Origin: Kofleriaceae bacterium
GTDB lineage: Bacteria; Myxococcota_A; Polyangia; Haliangiales; Haliangiaceae
Assembly: GCA_046597055.1 (NCBI GenBank)
Contig: JBKJLC010000135.1
Span: 1 to 19,582, forward strand
DNA length: 19,582 nucleotides
Direction of reading: 5' to 3'
Positions 14,981-19,582 of the stretch are shown here, piece after piece (within the stretch, counting starts at the first letter, position 1; every line of letters begins with the position of its first letter). Under the pieces are notes generated by a model, which did not search any database, had not been told where the DNA came from, and saw nothing but the letters and a program-made list of their open reading frames with translations. The position numbers and the translations under genes were made by a program.

Positions 14981-17092
14981 CTACTTCTTGGCGTCAGCCT
15001 TGGCCTTGGCGGCCTTGGCCAGGAGCTCCTCGCCGATCACCGACGGCACGTCGGCGTAGCGCGAGAACTCCATCGTGAACTCGGCCTTGCCCTGGGTCGC
15101 CGACCGCAGCGGGGTCGAGTAGCCGAACATCTCGGCCAGCGGCACCTCGGAGTCGACGCGGACCGAGCCGTCCTCCTCGGAGGACTGGACGATCACGCCA
15201 CGGCGCTGCATCAGGGTCGACAGGATGTTGCCGGAGAACTCCGACGGACCCTCGACCGAGACCTTCATGATCGGCTCCAGGATGCGCGGCTTGGCCTTCG
15301 GCCAGAACTCGCGGAACGCGCCGCGGGCGGCTTCCTGGAAGGCGATGTCGCTCGAGTCGACCTGGTGCGACTGACCATCGTTGATGGTCACCCGGACGCC
15401 GGTGACCGGCACGCCCAGGCGGGGCGACTTGGCGATCATGGACTTGAAGCCCTTCTCGCAAGCCGGGATGAACTCGCGGGGAATCGAGCCGCCGCGGATC
15501 TCGTCGTTGAACTCGAACTCGCCGTCGAACGGCTCGGCGAAACCCGCGACGCGACCGTACTGGCCGGAGCCACCGGTCTGCTTCTTGTGGGTGTAGTTGA
15601 ACTCGATCCGCTGACCGATCGTCTCGCGGTACGCGACCTGGGGCGGGCTGGTCATGACCTCCGCCTTGTACTCGCGCTTCATGCGCTCGATGTAGACGTC
15701 GAGGTGGAGCTCACCCATGCCGGCGACGATCGTCTCGTTCGACTCGGGATCGACCCAGCACTTGAAGGTGGGGTCTTCCTTGGTGAAGCGGTTGAGCGCC
15801 TTCGACATGTTGATCTCGGCGCCGGAGTCCTTGGCCTTGATCGCGACCGAGATGACCGGCTGCGGCACGAACATCGAGGTCATCGCCAGGTTGACGGTGC
15901 CGTCGGTGAAGGTGTCGCCCGAGTTGCAGTCGACGCCGAACAGCGCGCAGATGTCGCCGGCGCTGGCGTCGGTGATGTCTTCCTTGTCGTCCGAGTGCAT
16001 GCGGACCAGGCGGCCGACCTTCACCTTCTTCCCGCTACGGGTGTTGGTGATGAAGTTGTCCTTCTCCAGGTGGCCCTGGTAGACGCGGACGTAGGTCAGC
16101 TGGCCGTAGCGACCGTCCTCGAGCTTGAACGCGAGCGCGACCAGCGGCTTCTTGGGATCCGAGTCGAGGACCTGCGCGGCCTCTTCCTTGTCGAGATCGA
16201 GGGCGATGTTCTCGACCTCGCGCGGCTCGGGGAGGAACTGGCAGACGCCGTCGAGGAGGATCTGGACGCCCTTGTTGCCGAGCGCCGAGCCCATCATGAC
16301 CGGCGTGCACTTGAGCGCGATCACGGCCGCGCGCAGCGAGGTGCGGATCAGCTCGGGGGTGACCTTGTCCTCGAGCATCGCCTCGGTGAGCTCGTCGGAG
16401 ACCATCGACAGCTGGTCGAGCATCTCCTCGCGGAGCTTGTCGGCCTCGGCCTTGAGCTCCTCGGGGATCGGGCCGAACTCGATCTGGTGGCCGTTGTCGC
16501 CGAAGAAGCGGATCGCGGTCATCTCGATGAGATCGACCACGCCCTCGAGCTTGTCCTCGAGGCCGATCGGCATCTGGATCATGACCGGGTGCAGCTTGAG
16601 CTTCTCGCGGAGCTGGTCGCGCACGCGGTACGGGTTGGCCCCCGAGCGGTCGAGCTTGTTGATGAAGGCGATGCGCGGCACCTTGTACCGGCGCATCTGG
16701 CGGTCGACCGTGTACGACTGGCTCTGCACGCCGGCGACGCCGCACAGCACCATGATGGCGCCGTCGAGCACGCGCAGCGACCGCTCGACCTCGATGGTGA
16801 AGTCGACGTGGCCGGGGGTGTCGATGATGTTGATGTGGTGCGACTTGAGGTTGACCTTGGCGGTCGACCCGCTCCACGTGCAGTACGTGGCGGCGCTCTG
16901 GATCGTGATGCCGCGCTCCCGCTCCAGCTCCATCGAGTCCATCTTGGCGCCGACGCCGTCCTTGCCCTTCACCTCGTGAATCGCGTGGATCCGCTTCGTG
17001 TAGAACAGGATGCGCTCGGTCAGCGTGGTCTTGCCGCTGTCGATGTGGGCCGAGATGCCGATGTTGCGAACTTTCGAGAGGTCGGTGATCAC
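14981..17092 (-). CDS. fusA: Elongation factor G (spdEFG1/mitochondrial EF-G1-like subtype), stand-alone, 703 aa
   Basis: [126 protein letters not shown] precedes GTG 17092. Confidence 0.98.
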   Translation of the reverse strand: MITDLSKVRNIGISAHIDSGKTTLTERILFYTKRIHAIHEVKGKDGVGAKMDSMELERERGITIQSAATYCTWSGSTAKVNLKSHHINIIDTPGHVDFTIEVERSLRVLDGAIMVLCGVAGVQSQSYTVDRQMRRYKVPRIAFINKLDRSGANPYRVRDQLREKLKLHPVMIQMPIGLEDKLEGVVDLIEMTAIRFFGDNGHQIEFGPIPEELKAEADKLREEMLDQLSMVSDELTEAMLEDKVTPELIRTSLRAAVIALKCTPVMMGSALGNKGVQILLDGVCQFLPEPREVENIALDLDKEEAAQVLDSDPKKPLVALAFKLEDGRYGQLTYVRVYQGHLEKDNFITNTRSGKKVKVGRLVRMHSDDKEDITDASAGDICALFGVDCNSGDTFTDGTVNLAMTSMFVPQPVISVAIKAKDSGAEINMSKALNRFTKEDPTFKCWVDPESNETIVAGMGELHLDVYIERMKREYKAEVMTSPPQVAYRETIGQRIEFNYTHKKQTGGSGQYGRVAGFAEPFDGEFEFNDEIRGGSIPREFIPACEKGFKSMIAKSPRLGVPVTGVRVTINDGQSHQVDSSDIAFQEAARGAFREFWPKAKPRILEPIMKVSVEGPSEFSGNILSTLMQRRGVIVQSSEEDGSVRVDSEVPLAEMFGYSTPLRSATQGKAEFTMEFSRYADVPSVIGEELLAKAAKAKADAKK

Positions 17093-17276
17093 GTCAGGTT
17101 CTCCTCTGGTCGCCACCGGATCGGCGGCAGCGGGCGTAGGGGCGCGCGATGACTACCCTTTAGTCGGCAGCCGGTCAAGGGATCAGTGGTGGCTGCCCTG
17201 GGCGCACCCTGGCCAGGTTCTGACAGGCCCTTGAATTCATTCGAGGTCGACCGGGTCGTCTGCTAGCTTCGACGAT

Positions 17277-19127
<1,851 letters not shown>

Positions 19128-19172
19128 CGGATCCCATTCACGTCGTGCCGGGTTCTGTAGTATTCGGCGGCC

Positions 19173-19582
19173 ATGACCAAGCTGGCCGTCGTCCTAGCTG
19201 CCACGTTCGCCGCCGGCGTCGGCCTGCTTTCGCCCACCGCCTCCGCCGAGCCGCGTCTGCGGTTCGATCCCGAGGCCTACCTGCAGCCGATGGCGCCGAT
19301 CTCGGGCGGGACCCGCGGCTACATCGCGACGCCGGCCGACGGCTTCGCCGAGAACCACGGCCCGACCTCGCACATCGTCTACCTGAACCGCTGCGTCGGT
19401 GGCTGCACGTTCACCAAGTCGAACATCAACGACGCGATCACCAACCAGACGATCATCGGCGAGTACGCGATGGGCACGCAGTTCACGATCCAGGAGTTCG
19501 CGCAGAGCGAGCAGATGTGGACCGAGACGGTGCAGTGCGTGCGCGAGGTCTACGCGCCCTACAACGTCCAGGTCGTCACCGA
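19173..19582 (+). CDS. Secreted protein, N-terminal part only (runs off the window; not in the ORF track)
   Basis: Open frame MTKLAVVLAATFAAGVGLLSPTASA-EPRL...IVYLNRCVGGC...VQCVREVYAPYNVQVVT with a Sec signal peptide and strongly G/C-ending codons. Confidence 0.85.
   Translation, partial: MTKLAVVLAATFAAGVGLLSPTASAEPRLRFDPEAYLQPMAPISGGTRGYIATPADGFAENHGPTSHIVYLNRCVGGCTFTKSNINDAITNQTIIGEYAMGTQFTIQEFAQSEQMWTETVQCVREVYAPYNVQVVT

Noticed and set aside
14957..17152. 731-aa plus-strand ORF, and similar long ORFs at 5832-8933 (-), 162-2114 (+), 9302-11221 (+) and 17175-18926 (-)
   Set aside because: Antisense shadows of well-supported genes; long open antisense frames are expected at this GC content and show no motifs.

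Overview
Very GC-rich bacterial window with myxobacterial hallmarks (MYXO-CTERM-like tail, Myxococcus-type Cys-rich repeats, zf-HC2 Ser/Thr kinase, stand-alone spdEFG1-type EF-G). Gene order: hybrid histidine kinase (-); pepQ, triple-FKBP lipoprotein, APH/NahK-like kinase (+); large M4/M36-type metallopeptidase (+); a probable 6S RNA (-, ~8944-9109) with its own promoter; a minus-strand run of ferritin-like diiron protein, AlkA-type glycosylase, pseudokinase-receiver fusion and a small Zn-ribbon protein; an accessory region; fusA (-); a membrane Ser/Thr kinase (+); and the start of a secreted protein. The most notable structure is a 1464-bp, lower-GC, integrase-free islet (12749-14212) encoding a short DprA and a damaged PRTase-fold protein (a ShosTA/DprA-PRTase-like defence pair). 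It is bracketed by 89-bp direct repeats (88/89 identical) that duplicate the 3' end of an orphan AbiEii-like nucleotidyltransferase gene. Both putative toxin genes look degraded while the DprA-like gene is intact. All calls come from reading motifs by eye; no database search was run.
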